DNA of 64,000 nucleotides from Hemiscyllium ocellatum (GCF_020745735.1 NW_026867526.1:248001-312000), one strand, 5' to 3'; positions 12,374 to 26,114 are shown, numbered from the stretch's first letter. A program made the numbers and translations. Notes: generated from the letters alone by a model not told the origin.

Positions 12374-14449
12374 GAGGGATATGGATCCTGTGGGGGAATG
12401 CAATTGGGGGAAGGGAAATTACGATGCTGTAAGACAGGATTTGAGGAACATAAGTTGGGAGCATAGGCTGTCAGGGAAGGATGTGGTGGAAATGTGGAAC
12501 TTTTTCAAGGAGCAGATACGACGTGTCCTTGATATGTATGTACCTATCAGGCAGGAAAGAAATGGTCGTGTGAGGGAGCCTTGGTTGACGAGGGAGGTTG
12601 AATGTCTAGTAAAGAGGAAGAAGGAGGCTTACATAAGGTTGAGGAAACAGGGTTCAGACAGAGCAGTGGATGGATACAGGATAGCCAGAAGGGACCTGAA
12701 GAAAGGGATTAGGAGAGCTAAGAGAGGGCATGAAAAATCCTTGGCGGATAGGATCAAGGATAACCCCAAGGCATTTTATGCGTATGTGAGAAACATGAGA
12801 ATGACGAGAATGAGGGTAGGTCCGATCAAGGACAGTAGTGGGAGATTGTGTATTGAGTCGGAAGAGATAGGAGAGGTCTTGAATGAGTACTTTTCTTCAG
12901 TATTTATGAACGAAAGCGACCGTATTGTTGAAGAGGAGAGTGTGAAACGGACTGGTAAGCTAGAAGAGATACTTGTTAGGAAGGAAGATGTGTTGGACAT
13001 TTTGAACAACTTGAGGATAGACAAGTCACCCGGGCCTGACGGGATATATCCTAGGATTATGTGGGAAGCAAGAGAGGAAATTGCAGTACCGTTGGCAATG
13101 ATCTTCATTGTCAGCGGGGGTGGTACCAGGGGACTGGAGAGTAGCGAGTGTTGTGCCCCTGTTCAAAAAAGTATCTGGAAAGACACTGCTTGATTAGGGA
13201 CAACCAGCACGGATTTGTGAAGGGTAGGTCTTGCCTTACAAGTCTTATTGAATTCCTTGAGGAGGTGACCAAGCATGTGGATGAGGGTAGAGCAGTGGAT
13301 GTAGTGTACATGGATTTTAGTAAGGCATTTGATAAGGTTCCCCATGGTAGGCTTATGCGGAAAGTCAGGAGGCATGGGATAGAGGGAAATTTGGCCAATT
13401 GGATAGAAAACTGGCTAACCTGGTCGAAGTCAGAGAATGGTGGTAGATGGTAAATATTCAGCCTGGAGCCCAGTTACAAGTGGAGTTCCGCAGGGATCAG
13501 TTCTGGGTCCTCTGCTGTTTGTAATTTTTATTAATGACTTGGATGAGGGAGTCAAAGGGTGGGTCAGTAAATTTGCAGATGATCCGAACATTGGTGGAGT
13601 TGTGGACAGTGAGGAGGGCTGTTGTCGGCTGCAAAGGGACTTAGATATGATGCAGAGCTGGGCTGAGGAGTGGCAGATGGAGTTCAACCCTGCCAAGTGT
13701 GAGGTTGTCCATTTTGGAAGAACAAATAAGAATGCGGAATACAGGGTTAACGGTAGGGTTCTTAGTCAGGTGGAGGAACAGAGGGATCTTGGGGTCTATG
13801 TACATAGATCTTTGAAAGTTGCCACTCAGGTGGATAGAGCTTGTAAGAAGGCCTATGGTGTATTAGCGTTCATTAGCAGAGGGATTGAATTCAAGAGTCG
13901 TGAAGTGATGTTGCAGCTGTACAGGACTTTGGTTAGGCCACATTTGGAGTACTGTGTGCAGTTCTGGTCGCCTCACTTTAGGAAAGATGTGGAAGCTTTG
14001 GAGAGGGTGCAGAGAAGATTTACCAGGATGTTGCCTGGAATGGAGAATAGGTCGTACGAGGATAGGTTGAGAGTTCTCGGCCTTTTCTCGTTGGAACGGC
14101 GAAGGATGAGGGGTGACTTGATAGAGGTTTATAAGATGATCAGAGGAATAGACAGAGTAGACAGTCAGAAACTTTTTCCCCAGGTACAACAGAGTGTTAC
14201 AAGGGGACATAAATTTAAGGTGAAGGGTGGAAGGTATAGGGGAGATGTCAGGGGTGGGTTCTTTACCCAGAGAGTGGTGGGGGCATGGAATGCGCTGCCC
14301 GTGGGAGTGGTAGAGTCAGAATCATTGGCGACCTTTAAGCGGCAATTGGATAGGTACATGCATGGGTGCTTAATCTAGGATAGATGTTCGGCACAACATC
14401 ATGGGCCGAAAGGCCTGTTCTGTGCTGTATTTTCTATGTTCTATGTTCT
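12374..14449 (+). mobile_element. Young 5'-truncated CR1 LINE
   Basis: ORFs 12381-13193, 13148-13453 and 13437-14378 (SGVPQGSVLGPLLFVIFINDLD, KFADD, RPHLEYCVQFWSP); internal deletion near 13110-13180; (ttctatg)n tail ending near 14449. Confidence 0.97.
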
Positions 14450-14964
14450 GTGAGGACGGTTTTAGTATAGAAGGGCGAAATGAGTTGGCGCAGACTTGGA
14501 GAGCTGAAGGGCCTTGTGGCCAGGCAGGCCACTCAAAATGGTGGACTTATGAGAAATGGACAATAAGTGAGGCATGCTGGGAAATTGAGACAAGCTTTAA
14601 CCAAAAGTGCAGAATCCAGGCAGACTGCAGCTACAGACAGACAGTATACAATTGACTCAGCAGCTGTAGACAATACAATATACACTTGAATTTCAATTGA
14701 GTTGAATTTACCTGAATACCATCCCCAGGACAACTGGAAAAATTAAGCTGTTTACCATACGCAGGGGTGCCTTAGCCCTTACTTAGAGATGGCTTCCTGA
14801 TCAATGTATTGGTGGATGCTGAAGTCTTTATACCCTTTTGGGAGAATCCTCAAAGTGTAAGGATCATTGCAAGACCATCCTCAGGAGCGGTAACCTGAGA
14901 CCAACCACGTGAAGACACGCCTGAAACCAGCAGGAGAAGATGACTAGATGATCATCATCATGTA

Positions 14965-15260
14965 GATTATAGAACATAGAGAACATAGAACAATACAGCG
15001 CAGAAGAGGCTTTTCGCCCCTCGATGTTGCACCGACCTGTGAACTATTCTCAGCTCGTTCCATTATCCCAAAATCATCCATGTGCTTATCGAAGGATTGT
15101 TTAAATCCCTAATGTGGCTGAGTTGACTACATTAGCAGGTAGGACATTCTACACCCTTACCACGCTCTGCGTAAAGAACCTGCCTCTGACATTTGTTTTA
15201 AATCTATCACCCTCAATTTGTAGTTATGCCCCCTTGTACACGCTGACGTCAGCATCCTAA
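14965..15260 (-). mobile_element. CR1 3' tail, antisense
   Basis: atagaacatagagaacatagaacaatacagcgcagaagaggc is the reverse complement of the CR1 (ttctatg)n tail and 3' UTR. Confidence 0.8.
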
Positions 15261-15719
15261 GGTTAATTAGAGTTAAGCTAAAGCACAAGACAGTTCATTA
15301 GATTTATAGTGTAAATTGTTAGTTTGCATTTTGTTAATATCGTATTAATTGTGATAAGCCATAGCCTATCTACACCTAAGTGCCAAAGCTGCCTTTGGTC
15401 AACATCCCTTCATAACAAAATGTTACCTATCACAGAATGAAAATCAACTGATCTAACATTCACTGCCATTTGTGAAAAAAGTTCTAAATATCTCCCACCT
15501 TGTATGTAGAAGTGCTTTTGAACATCTCTCCTGAGTGGTCAGGCCCTAATTCTCAGACTATGTACCCTAATTCTAGAATCCCCAATCAGTAGAAATAGTT
15601 TATCTTAATTTACTCTGTTGTTTCCTGGTAATATCATAATGACCTTAATCAGATCATCCTTTAACCTTCTAAATTCTCAAGAAAGTTTCAAGTAATAATC
15701 CGCTCAATGAAGCCCAGTT

Positions 15720-17330
15720 TGGATTTCACTAGGGCCACATAGGTCCCTGACCTCATTACAACCTTGGTTCAAACATGGAGGTGAAGCCAAAGTGATAGCC
15801 CTTGACATCAAGACCATGTTCAATTGTGTGTGGCATCAAGGAGCTGTAGGAAAACTGGAATACGAGGGGTGGGTGGCAAATTCTTTGCTGGGTAAAGTCA
15901 TACCAGGCACCCAAGATACAATGTAACAACATGAACTGCACAAATTCACCAAAGATCCTTAGTCTGCACTTATAATCGAGGGAACATCATTAATGGTGCA
16001 GCTGAAGATGGTTGGGCTTCAGACACTACACTGAGGAACTCCTGAAGACACGTCCTGGAGCTGAGGTGACTGGCCTCCAACAATCACAATCAAATACATA
16101 TGTGCCTAACATGATTCATCATGTAAAACCACTTTCTTCGAGAATGACAAGGGCAGCAGATTCATGGGAACACCAACACCAGCAAGTTCCCCTCCAAACG
16201 ACTCGCCATCCAGGATTGGAAAAATATTACTATTTGTTCAGTCACTGGATCAAAACCCTGGAATTTCTTCCCTAAGTGCATTGTGGATTCACCAACAGCT
16301 TATGGACCTTTTATTCATTTGTAGTATGTGGGCATCACTGGCTGGCCAGCATTTTATGCCTGTCCCTAGTTGTCGTTGAGGAGGTGGTGGTGAGTTGCCT
16401 TCTTGAACCACTGCAGTTCACCTGTTGTAGGTTGACCTACACTGACATGAGGAAGGGAATTCCATGATTTTAACCCAATGACAAGGAAGAAAAGGCAATG
16501 TATTTCCAAGTCAGACTATTAAGTGGACGTTAAGAAGGGAACTTGAAGGTGATGGTGCTGCTCTTCTCCTTTGAGATAGAAGTGGTCATGATTTTGGAAG
16601 GTGATGTCTGAGGATCTCTGGTGAATTTCTGCAGTGCATCTTGTTGACAGTAGATACTACTGCTATTGAGCATAAGTGGCAGAGGGAGTGGATGTAAAGC
16701 CAATGAAGCAGGCTGTTCGTCCTGGATGGTGTCAAGCTTTTTCAGCATTGTGGGAGCTGCACTCATCCAGGCAAGTTGCCCTCCAACCGACTCTGGACTT
16801 GTGCCATATTGATAATGATCAGGCTTTGGGAGTCACAACCTGAGTTACTTCCCACACGATTCCTAATCTCTGATCTGCTCCGATAGCCACTGTGTTTGTG
16901 TGACAAGTCCAGTTGAGTTCCTGGTCAATGGTAACGCCTAGGATGTTGATAGTTGGGGATTTGGTGATGATAATACAATTGAATACCAGGGGATGATGGT
17001 CAGATTGTCTTTATTGGTAATGGTTATAGCCCTGCATTTGTTTAGTGTAAATATTACTTATCACTTGTCAGCCTGATTCTGGAAATTGTCCAGATCTTGT
17101 TGCATTTGAACATGGACTATTCAGTATCTGAGGAGTCGCCAATTCCAAACACTCTACAATCATCAGTGAACATCCCCACTTCTGACCTTATGATGGATGA
17201 ACCAGCAACATCAACTGCAGCAATTCAAGAAGGCATACTACCACCGTCTTCACAAAGGCATCTCGGGTGGGATAATAAGCGCTCACCAGTCGACAAAGCT
17301 TACATCCCATGAGTGAATAAACTACAAGTC
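15720..17330. mobile_element. L2/CR1-clade LINE fragments in mixed orientation (duplicated at about 35870-37460)
   Basis: The plus strand gives RT-like text (ALDIK.MFNCVWHQG); the downstream part is an antisense LINE body. Family assignment is tentative. Confidence 0.65.
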
Positions 17331-17742
17331 TCATTCTTGTAAACATATTTTGTACTCACTACAAGCCAATGTATCCTTCCTAAGACCTGATGCCCAAATC
17401 TGTTCTCAGTACTCCAGGTAAGGTTCGAACAGTTTTGAATACTCACAGCGTAACTTCTGCATCCTTGTACTGTCTTCCTCTCGTTATAAAAGCTGGCATT
17501 TGTTTGATTATAATTTTTTTCTGCATCTATTCATGGCATTTTAAAGATCTATTCACCTAAAACCAAAGTCTCTTTGGACTTCCACTATACTTAACTTCAT
17601 ACCATCTTGGAAAACATCATGATCTATCCTCCGTCAGTCCAAAATTGATACCTCACACTCAAACTGAACTCTCTCTATCACAGTTTTGCCTATCCACCTA
17701 GTCTATGAATATCCCCTTGTAATTTTATGCCATCATGTACAC

Positions 17743-18871
17743 CAGTGTTTCTCAACGGGGGCGGAAGTGCCTCCTGAGGGGCGTTTCCCTTCCTTCGGTC
17801 GGCGTTGAAGTCAAAGAGGACGGCAAGGGGTCACTGAACGACTTTGTAGAGAGCTTACCAATCACTTGGAAGACTGCCATGTCCTTGAAGGACATTGCTG
17901 TGTGCAGATGGACAGTCGCATAACACGAGTCTGTTATTTTCCCTGCACCCATGGAGGAGTGCGCTCTGACTGGTTCCTGAGCTATTATTGATAGTCTTTT
18001 CCGTGAATAGCAAACCATTTGAACTCGTTCGCAGTTGGCACTGATTCTACTGCTGAGATCAATATCACCTAACTCGTGTCGCTTCTAAGATGGCATTCTG
18101 CTCGGGTGGCAGAATGAATGCACATTACAGCTAATTAGCCAATCAAATTTTGCCACTTGTCTGAGCGTCTTAAAATAATTGTGATAAGGTAATATCCATG
18201 ATTCCATTAGGGTATTCGAGCGACAGTGTAAAAATGGCCTCATTGAGTAAGAAAAAGTGGAGTATAGCATGCAGTATAGTATGGACTATTTGTGATATGG
18301 CTTTATTCAATCTCTATCTAATAAGCAATTACCACTGTGCTTGCTCTGTCTGTGAACAAAGTTTTTCCAATGAGGCCATGAAGCCTTCCTGTCTTATTAA
18401 ACATTTGGAAAAGAAATAGTGACAAAAAGGACGAAGATTTGGCATATTTTCAAGCATTAAGAATAAATTCAATCAACAACCAACGATTTCCATTGCTTTT
18501 TCAAAGATAGGAGCCACGAATGTGGATGGCCTTGTGGCATCATACAACATAGCAAAGCTAATTGCAAAATGTGGTAAACCTCATTCCGTGGGTGAATTGT
18601 TGGTGCTTCCAGCTATTGCCAAAATATTATCAACTGTGCTACATCAGGAACTATCAATGACTATCAAGCATATTCTTCTTGCACCTTCCGTGAGAAGGTG
18701 CATCGATGAAATGGCCTCAAATCTTGAGGATAAATTATGTTCCCTTTTGAAATCGAAAGAAACTGATTGATGAAAGTACTATATGTGAACTCAAGCTTTA
18801 CTTTTGGGAGGCGTTGCATGATTTCAAGGATAAGAAGGGGGCTTTGAATAGGGAAAGGTTGAGAAACACTG
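17743..18871 (+). mobile_element. Internally deleted hAT (Charlie/Buster-like) DNA transposon
   Basis: TIRs cagtgtttctcaac (17743) and gttgagaaacactg (ends 18871); 8-bp TSD atgtacac/atgtacat. Transposase remnants CSVCEQSFSNEAMKPS.LIKHL and ASYNIAKLIAKCGKPHSVGE...RRCIDEMA...DEST. Confidence 0.93.
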
Positions 18872-18899
18872 ATGTACATGTCTATCATGCCATCTAATA

Positions 18900-19020
18900 T
18901 GCATTGAAGCTGTCACCTAGATAGGAGACAAAAATGTCTGCAAATCAACTTCCCAGCTCAGCGATCATACCCACAACCATGGCAACAGGCACCTGAGCTA
19001 CAAATCTTTACACAAACCTT
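18900..19020 (+). mobile_element. Penelope-like element 3' tail remnant
   Basis: cccagctcagcga...acctgagctacaaatctt, related to the antisense tail at 31390-31480. Confidence 0.55.
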
Positions 19021-19510
19021 GAATACCTAACATTGTGTCATCAGCAAATTTGGATATATGGTCATTGTGTCATTGTCCGATTAATCAATAAATAATGTGA
19101 ATAACTGAAGCCAAACACAGATCCCAACAGGACACCACTGGTCACATCCTGCCAAATCTGAGCTCCTATCCATTATCCATCCATGTCAGTAATTTGCCTT
19201 CAATTTCATAGGTTTCTGACTAAGACTATTATGTGGGATTCATCAAATGCCTCCTGGTAGTCCATGTGAGCACTGCCTCTGTTGACATTGCCATGTCCGA
19301 CCTCAGTCATCTCGTCAAACAATTCAGAAGTTTGTCAGGCATGACCTACGTGTCATGACGCTCATTGATTAACTTAAAAATGTACAAGATATTCAGTGAC
19401 CCCATCCCTGATGATAAACTCCAACACTTAGACTAACTGCTCAGTGTGTCCCTGGTTTTCCTCGGAGTGGTGTTATTTTCCGATCGAGAATACTCTGCAA
19501 TGATTATAAT
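19020..19510 (-). mobile_element. CR1 RT fragment, antisense
   Basis: catcagcaaatttgg (KFADD), ggacaccactggtcac and related CR1 RT text on the reverse strand. Confidence 0.75.
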
Positions 19511-19619
19511 GAGGGAATTTCCTTTAATACACTCGGATGGTAACGAGCAAATCCCGGGGATCTCCACTCTTTAAATCCATTACCTCCCTTATTACCAGAG
19601 TTCTCTTGATAACTGACCG

Positions 19620-19900
19620 ACTTAATCCTAAACCCAGCGCCGCTCAACAACCGCTGCCACTGCCGGCTCTCGGCAAGGAACGGCAGGCGGGGGAAGGCAT
19701 TTACTGCGCATGTTCCCTCCCAGCCCACCACCTACTGCGCATGCTCTGGCCAAGAGCGGGAAGGTTAAACGGTTCAACGGAAAGTTCTGGAACGTGGTGA
19801 GTGACGTCATCAGGGCTGGGTGTGGTCACGATCGAAACGTGTCTGCTCCAGTCAGTGAGATGTCAGGGTGAGCTCCTGAGGAGGGGGCAAGGGGGAGGCT
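19620..19900. promoter_or_regulatory. CpG-rich promoter / first-exon-like region (copy 1)
   Basis: Local CpG cluster; two NRF1-like TGCGCATG motifs (19705-19712, 19736-19744); perfect CRE TGACGTCA (19802-19809); consensus donor aacgtg|gtgagt at 19797. No coding exon recognised. Confidence 0.65.
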
Positions 19901-20349
19901 GGTTTCCACTCCAACCAGCACAATATTGTGTAGTCGGTGGGGTGTGAGGGAGAGAAGGTCAGGGTCAGTGTGGGCTCTGAGGAAGATGTTGAGTTGGGTT
20001 CAGATCAGATGAGGGTTGTGGAGGAGTCTGGATGGGGTGGGGGGTGTGAGTTGGAATGGGGGATTGGGATGGGAATGTTGCTCTGGAGCCCAGAGATAAA
20101 GTGGATTTCGCGATTACCAAACAGTTGGATACGTTTTTCAACTCGGAACTTTTTGTTGTGTAATTATTAAGCTTGAGTAAGTTAGAATCCTCTGAAAGTT
20201 AAAGTTTCCAGTTGCACAGAGATTACCCTGACAGAATTTTCAATTTTTCAGGAAATTCCCTTGGCTTCAGCCACATCTCCAAAAATTCCATAGACCCCAC
20301 AGTGCAATTACAATTTATACTGCTTCAGTGACTAGCAAGAGACTTATAT

Positions 20350-21950
20350 AAAACAAACCTGTAGATGTTGGAATCTGAAGTAGACAAACAGGAGGCTGGA
20401 AGAACACAGCAAACCAGGCAGCATCGGGAGGTGGAGAAGTCAATGTTTCAGGTATAACCCTTCTTCAGGACCTGGGTGGGGGTAAGGGGTGCTACAGATA
20501 GAGAGGGAGGTAGTTGGGGTCCTAGCTCCCATCCTTGCGGTGTCTTCACCATTCCTCCAGACCTTCCCCTCACTAGGGACGAATGTGTCGTCCTCAGTAA
20601 AGGCCTCACCTTTATCCCTCTACGGTCCCAGTTTAATGAGTTTGACACAAGCTGCAATCTTGAATGTTTCTTCCTCTGCCTCTGTATTGACTTTTTTTTA
20701 ACCGAGACACCTGCACATCCACGGGGGACCCCCTTGTCCCGCCTTCAACACACCACATCCATGGACACCCCATGCTGGCCTGTTACCTGTGCTTGACCTC
20801 TTCATTTCAAGCTGCTACCATGACATTGACTGCCTCAACTTGTCCAACCACCTCACTCACTCCAACCTCTTTCCCTCTCAACATGCAGTCCTCCACTCCC
20901 TCCACTCCAACCCCAACCTCACCATCAAACCTGCGGGTGGGGGGGGTGGTGGGGTTCGTGGTAGTCGTGTGGTGCACTGACCTCTACACTACTGAAGCCA
21001 GGCAACAACTTGCAGACTCCGCCTCCGACCGCCCCCTTGCTCACGACCTCACTTTCCATCACCAAGCCATTATCCCCCGGACCATCCACAATCTCATCAT
21101 CTCTGGGGATCACCCATCCACAGACTCTAACCTCATTGTCCATGAACCCTGCACTGCCTGATTCCACCTCCTTCCTAAGACACTCAAACCTGACTGCACT
21201 GGTCGACCCATTGTCTCAACCTGCACTTGTCCCACTGAACTAATGGACCTCCAAATGGCCCTCACAATCAGAAATATATTTCCCGCCCCACCCCATCAGC
21301 TTTCCAAAAAGACCATTCCTTCCGTGACTCCCTCGTCAGGTCCACGTCCCCTACTAGCCTACACCCCACTCCTGGCACTGTTTCTTGCCACCACAGGAAG
21401 TGCAAAACCTATGGCCGCACCACTCCCCTCACCTCCATCCAAGGCCCCGAGGGATTCTTCCACATCTGTCAAAAATTTAGCTATACCTCTACCAGCAACA
21501 TCTCCTGCATCCGTTGCACCCGGTGTGGTCTCCTCTACATCAGGGAGACAGGATGTTTTCTTGTGGATCGTTTCAGAGAACATCTCTGGGACACCTGCAT
21601 GCACCAACCTCATCGTCCCGTGGCTGTACACTTCAACTCCCTCTCCCACTCCATCAAGGGCATGCAGGTCCTGGGCCTTCTCCACTGCCAAACCATGACC
21701 AGCCGAAACCTGGTGGAGAAACGCCTCATATTATGCCTTGGGACCCTGCAACCATATGGGATAAATGTGAAAGGGGATTTGGGGCATGGGTGGGCAGGTT
21801 ATTTGAAATTGGAGAACTGTGTTGAGTTCTCTAGGCTGTAGGCTGCCCAGGTGGAAGATGCGGTGTACCTCCTGATTCACTGTGACAATGGAAGTCAAGA
21901 ATTAACGTGTAAGGGAGGGAGTGGGAGGCGGAATTGAAATGGATGGTGAG
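20350..21950 (+). mobile_element. Penelope-like element (RT remnant + GIY-YIG), with inverted tail at its 5' side
   Basis: Antisense PLE tail at 20350-20470 (reverse complement cctgaagaagggttatacctgaaac); plus-strand VLSKGLTFIP; C-terminal CTRCGLLY..ETG..L.DRFREHL...VAVHFNSLSH...RLI.CLGTLQP.GIN. Confidence 0.92.
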
Positions 21951-24900
21951 TAGGGGCCAGGCTGACCCTTATTTTACTTTGTTTGGTCCCACCAATGTAG
22001 AGAGTACCACATCCTCTCCAAATGGCCAAGAGCAAACTGTACCCAGCCACTCCGAATATCTGGCAAGGCTGTCAAAACCTGTTAATTCTCCCCATCCTCC
22101 CAGTGTCGAAGAAACCTCTGAGGGGAAAGATGGACACAGCAGCTGTCACAACATTGCTGGCAGACGATGATGAATGTCTGGTCAGATGCTCCAGGGGCAA
22201 GAGGCAGTCACAGTCTGGTATGCTCCAGCACTATCCAAGCCAGAGTTTGAGGAACCCGACCTGTTGAGAAAATATCCCAGGAGATGCCACAGGAAGAAGA
22301 ATGGGCATAAATCCTAGGACTTCGAGGTGGAGGAAAGTAATTATTGGAGCGAGGTCAGCCAGCTGAACATCATTGAACAGAATTTCCCAAGTTGGGGCTA
22401 TGAATCTGGTCCAATCAGGGAGTCCTGACTGCTCATTCAAGCAGCTGACTCTGTGAAAACTAGGTCATTATCAACTACTGTCCACATATAGGTTTTGGTC
22501 TGCATACTGCTAAGCAATACCCAAGCCTTGGATGAAATTGACAAGACTGTCTGGAAAGAGTAGAATATCCTAGGGGAGCTCCCAGATGCCACAACCATGA
22601 ATATTTTCAAAGAAATGGAACATGTCTGACTGTGGTAACTACTGGGGAATATCCCTTACGTCAATCATTGCCAAAATCCTTCTCAACTGTCTCCTCCCTG
22701 TGGTTCCTCTGTTCCCATGTCAGCATCTGAGCTTTGATCTTTCCTTGGGTTAGTGAATTGTTACGGAAAATGACCGAGCCTCCATTTTGGCAGCTTAGGT
22801 ATGCTATTCAGAAAGGGATAGCCTTACAAATAGTGACGTTGCCAAGAAGTAGCCTTTTGGCAAGTGAAAACACAGATTTCATTTTTTAAAGTCTTGGCAA
22901 AGAATAATCCCCAGTGAGATGTGTCGCTGACATGTGCAGTGTTCCGATACTGTGCCAGTGTCTGGCTCACCGATGGCTCAACAGGGACGACTGTCCGATT
23001 AGTGTACGTTTCCCAGACTTCAGCTGATGCCAAATGAAGATGCATCGCATAGAGAAACAAAGTTTGGCAGGAATCTTTGTGTGAGAACGTTCAGTCAATA
23101 CCTTTCTATGCATACGTTTGAAACAGTAATGGACCCAAACCCTTGTTAAGATGAGCTGAAGAGGACAGGGCCATCCCACTTCTAGGTTCTGGTCAAATTC
23201 AGCCGTGAGCTGTTATTAACTGCATACAACTACAAGTTGGAACACCAAGCAGGCGGTCAAGTGGTTAATGCCTGAAGCCAACTCCCAATGATGGATACAC
23301 TGGAAAAGTCTGTTCTGGTTTTAAACTTTCTGCACACCCTTCCAGTCATCTCTGACAATCTCCGATTAGAACAAGGTCCCTTACTGCAGTGTTAGAAACG
23401 AAAAGATCATCATAAGCAGGATTGAATCGTTTGTGGATCTGGTGAGATCAGATGGCCACTGTAAACTGCATACTAATATGGGGAGCAAGGCTGAAAAATG
23501 TGTTGCTTGAAAAGCGCAGCAGGTCAGACAGCATCAAAGGAGCAGGAGAATCGATGTTTCGGGCATAAGCCCTTCTTCAGCTCCAGCAGGGTCGTCCTGT
23601 GATTTCCAAAATTAGGATGTTGATAAAAATTTATGTTTGGCCAGGATTGGAGGCTGTGATAGCCATGTTGGTGGGGCAGTCTCCTGAGTGCCAATAGGGA
23701 CAAGAATTGACTGGCCAGATATAACCTGGATTCAGTTATATTTTGACTATGCCATCGCATCGCCTCGCCTCGCGTCTCTGCACATCGCGTCACGTCACGT
23801 CACGTATTGCATCGCCCCTCACCTCCCCTACCCTCGGCTGAGCCCCCCCAGGATCCCAATGCGGTTTTCGGCCAGAGAGTGATCCATTGAATATGATTTT
23901 CACTGCAGTATATGGCCTTCTGGGATCTTTAAAAAGGCCTTTAACATCATCAATCGGGAAGCATTTCTGGAGCGTTCTTCGTCGCTTTCGTTGCACCATG
24001 ATGTTTGTCACCATCCTTCACCTGCTCCACAATGACGTATAATTCATCAAAATGACAAACAGCTTCAACACCTACCCATTCGCCCTCTGAACCGGTGTCG
24101 AGCAGGGTATGTCATCACCGCAACACTTCTGAATCTACCTCGCTGCACAACTTCACTTCCGACAAGCTGCCCATGTTTGATCCAAGGGGGCTTTAGTTGT
24201 GGTTCTGAACCATTGCTGTCCCAGATGCTCTTAGTGGGGATCAGTGTGAGTGATATCTTATTTTTAGTTGAAATGTGCAGGTGTACTTTCTCTGAATTTT
24301 AAACCGTTATTCTTCATTTCCCAGGAGTTTTCAATTTACGACAGAGCAGAGATTTATTTAATTGAAAAGAACGTTTAATTATTTAGTTTTTTATTTGGTT
24401 GAAAAGAACAAATGCTGGAGATCACAGCAGGTCAGAGAACATCCATGAGAGAGAGTAGCTAGTATTTCAAGACCAAATGACTCCTCATTAGAGCTGTTCA
24501 TGTGTTGTTTAATTTGCTTGAGTATATTTTTATTTTGGCCCCCTGTAGCTCCTGCCCACGAGTGGTTGATGGGGCAGGGGAAGCCAATTTTTGCTTGTTA
24601 AACAAAAAAGGCACTATTGCTCTGTGGAAAGCCAGAAAGAAATAAACAAAGTGAAAGCAGTTTAATTTCTGTTTTGAATGAGTACACCATTTTCCCTGGT
24701 GATGGGTCTGTTCCAGGAATGTCTGATGCAGGCAGTATCAGGGGATCTTGGTTTTATTTTTCATTTGCATCTTTGGTTTTAAAAGAGTGGGGGGTTGTTT
24801 TGCAGACTGGAGGCCTGTGACAAATGCAGGGATTGGTGCTGGGTGTAATGTCATTTTTCATTTCAGTAATGGATTGGAATGTGAATATGAATGTGAATGT

Positions 24901-25651
24901 TCAACTGCATCAGGAAATTCAATGCCGGCCACAAGACCCCTCTTTGCGCGTGAGGCAGTTTACTACATTGGACAAAATGTGCTGTTTAAACCATTGGAAT
25001 GGCATGCATGGGGAAGGGGCATGGTCGAAATCAAAGGAGAAAGTGAGGACTGCATTCAGAAATGATCAGCATTGCAAATGATCTCATCGCCCAGAAGTAA
25101 TCTTTAGGGAAGTGAAAAAGCAGGTATTGTAGATGGTGTTGGCACACAATAGTCCCCAGTGAGCTGTAGTGCTGTCATGTGATGCCTCCCAATACAGTTT
25201 GAGGTGACTGCTGGCTCACTGATGTCTTGGCAGACATGGTATATGTTTCTCAAACTTTGACTAATGTCAAATGAAGACATGTCCAGATAGAGAAGGAAGG
25301 TTTGGTGGTAATCCTTTGTGTGAGAAAGTTCCACCAATACCTTTGAGTACATCAATTTGAAATATAAATGGACCACAAACTACTGCCAGGGAGACCTGAT
25401 GATGTCAGGGCCGTCACACCTCAAGCTTCAGGTCAGATTCAGTGGGCTGTCATGCTGAGTGCATAAACCCTCAGAAACCTGAGTGAGCAATCATGTGTTA
25501 AATGCAGTTGTGTGAAGCCTACTCCCTCTGGTGGGTACACGATGGTGGGCGCCAGCAGTGAAAAGGTCTGTTCTGTTTTTAAACATTGCGGGCATGCTTC
25601 CCATCATCTCTGACCATCTCAGACTGTGGGTACAAAAAGATTCCTTCCTGG
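21950..25651 (+). repeat. Composite array unit(s): Gypsy pol + RTE-like RT + antisense PLE-type tail + CR1 pieces
   Basis: Carries the same marker segments in the same order as the units at 41975-64000. Confidence 0.8.
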
Positions 25652-26110
25652 TGTTGGGATGTATATCTAATACGCCTCGGGAGGGTAGACCTGTAGTTGC
25701 TGCTTGGGAAATCGGGGGGCGCTGCGGAGCTGCTGTTTGGACTGTTTACCGAAACTGCCTGTGCAGCTGGACTACCAAGGTCAGACCAATACAATGGCAG
25801 CCTTTACTCGGAGACCTTGTTTACAAGACAGACCATCTCGTGGATACCTGCCAAGGCCGAGGCCTGTTCACAGGAGGCCTTTGTCTGTGAGAGATCATGT
25901 GTGTGAGTGATTACGTAGCGTTAGCTTAGCGAACAATATATCAAGCAGGGGCTTTTGGAAAGATTTCAGAAGGCGCTTTCTCCAGTGAGCAGTAAACATC
26001 TCACTGTATTTTTGTGTACGTCTCTCTCTCAGTAAAAGCTTATATTTTGAATCAGATCCAGTGTTTCTCTCCTTCAAACGATCACCGGGGACGGTAGCTC
26101 CGTCCTAACA
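25652..26110 (+). mobile_element. LTR A (459 bp), 5' LTR of an ERV-like element
   Basis: Termini tgttggga...tcctaaca. Interrupts a Gypsy sequence that is continuous at 48872-48880. R-U5 homologous to 35630-35770. Followed by a PBS. Confidence 0.93.
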
Positions 26111-26114
26111 GTTT

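Larger units (their letters stand above)
15624..25651. repeat. Left copy (X') of tandem segmental duplication
   Basis: Collinear with 35771-48876. ORF-track offsets are 20147 to 20025 up to 25053, then 23225 after a 3178-bp deletion. I counted 6 mismatches in the first ~155 bp. Confidence 0.97.

Noticed and set aside
15370-15430. MLTKGSFG resembling COLGALT PLTKGELG
   Set aside because: Only a short match with no flanking similarity.
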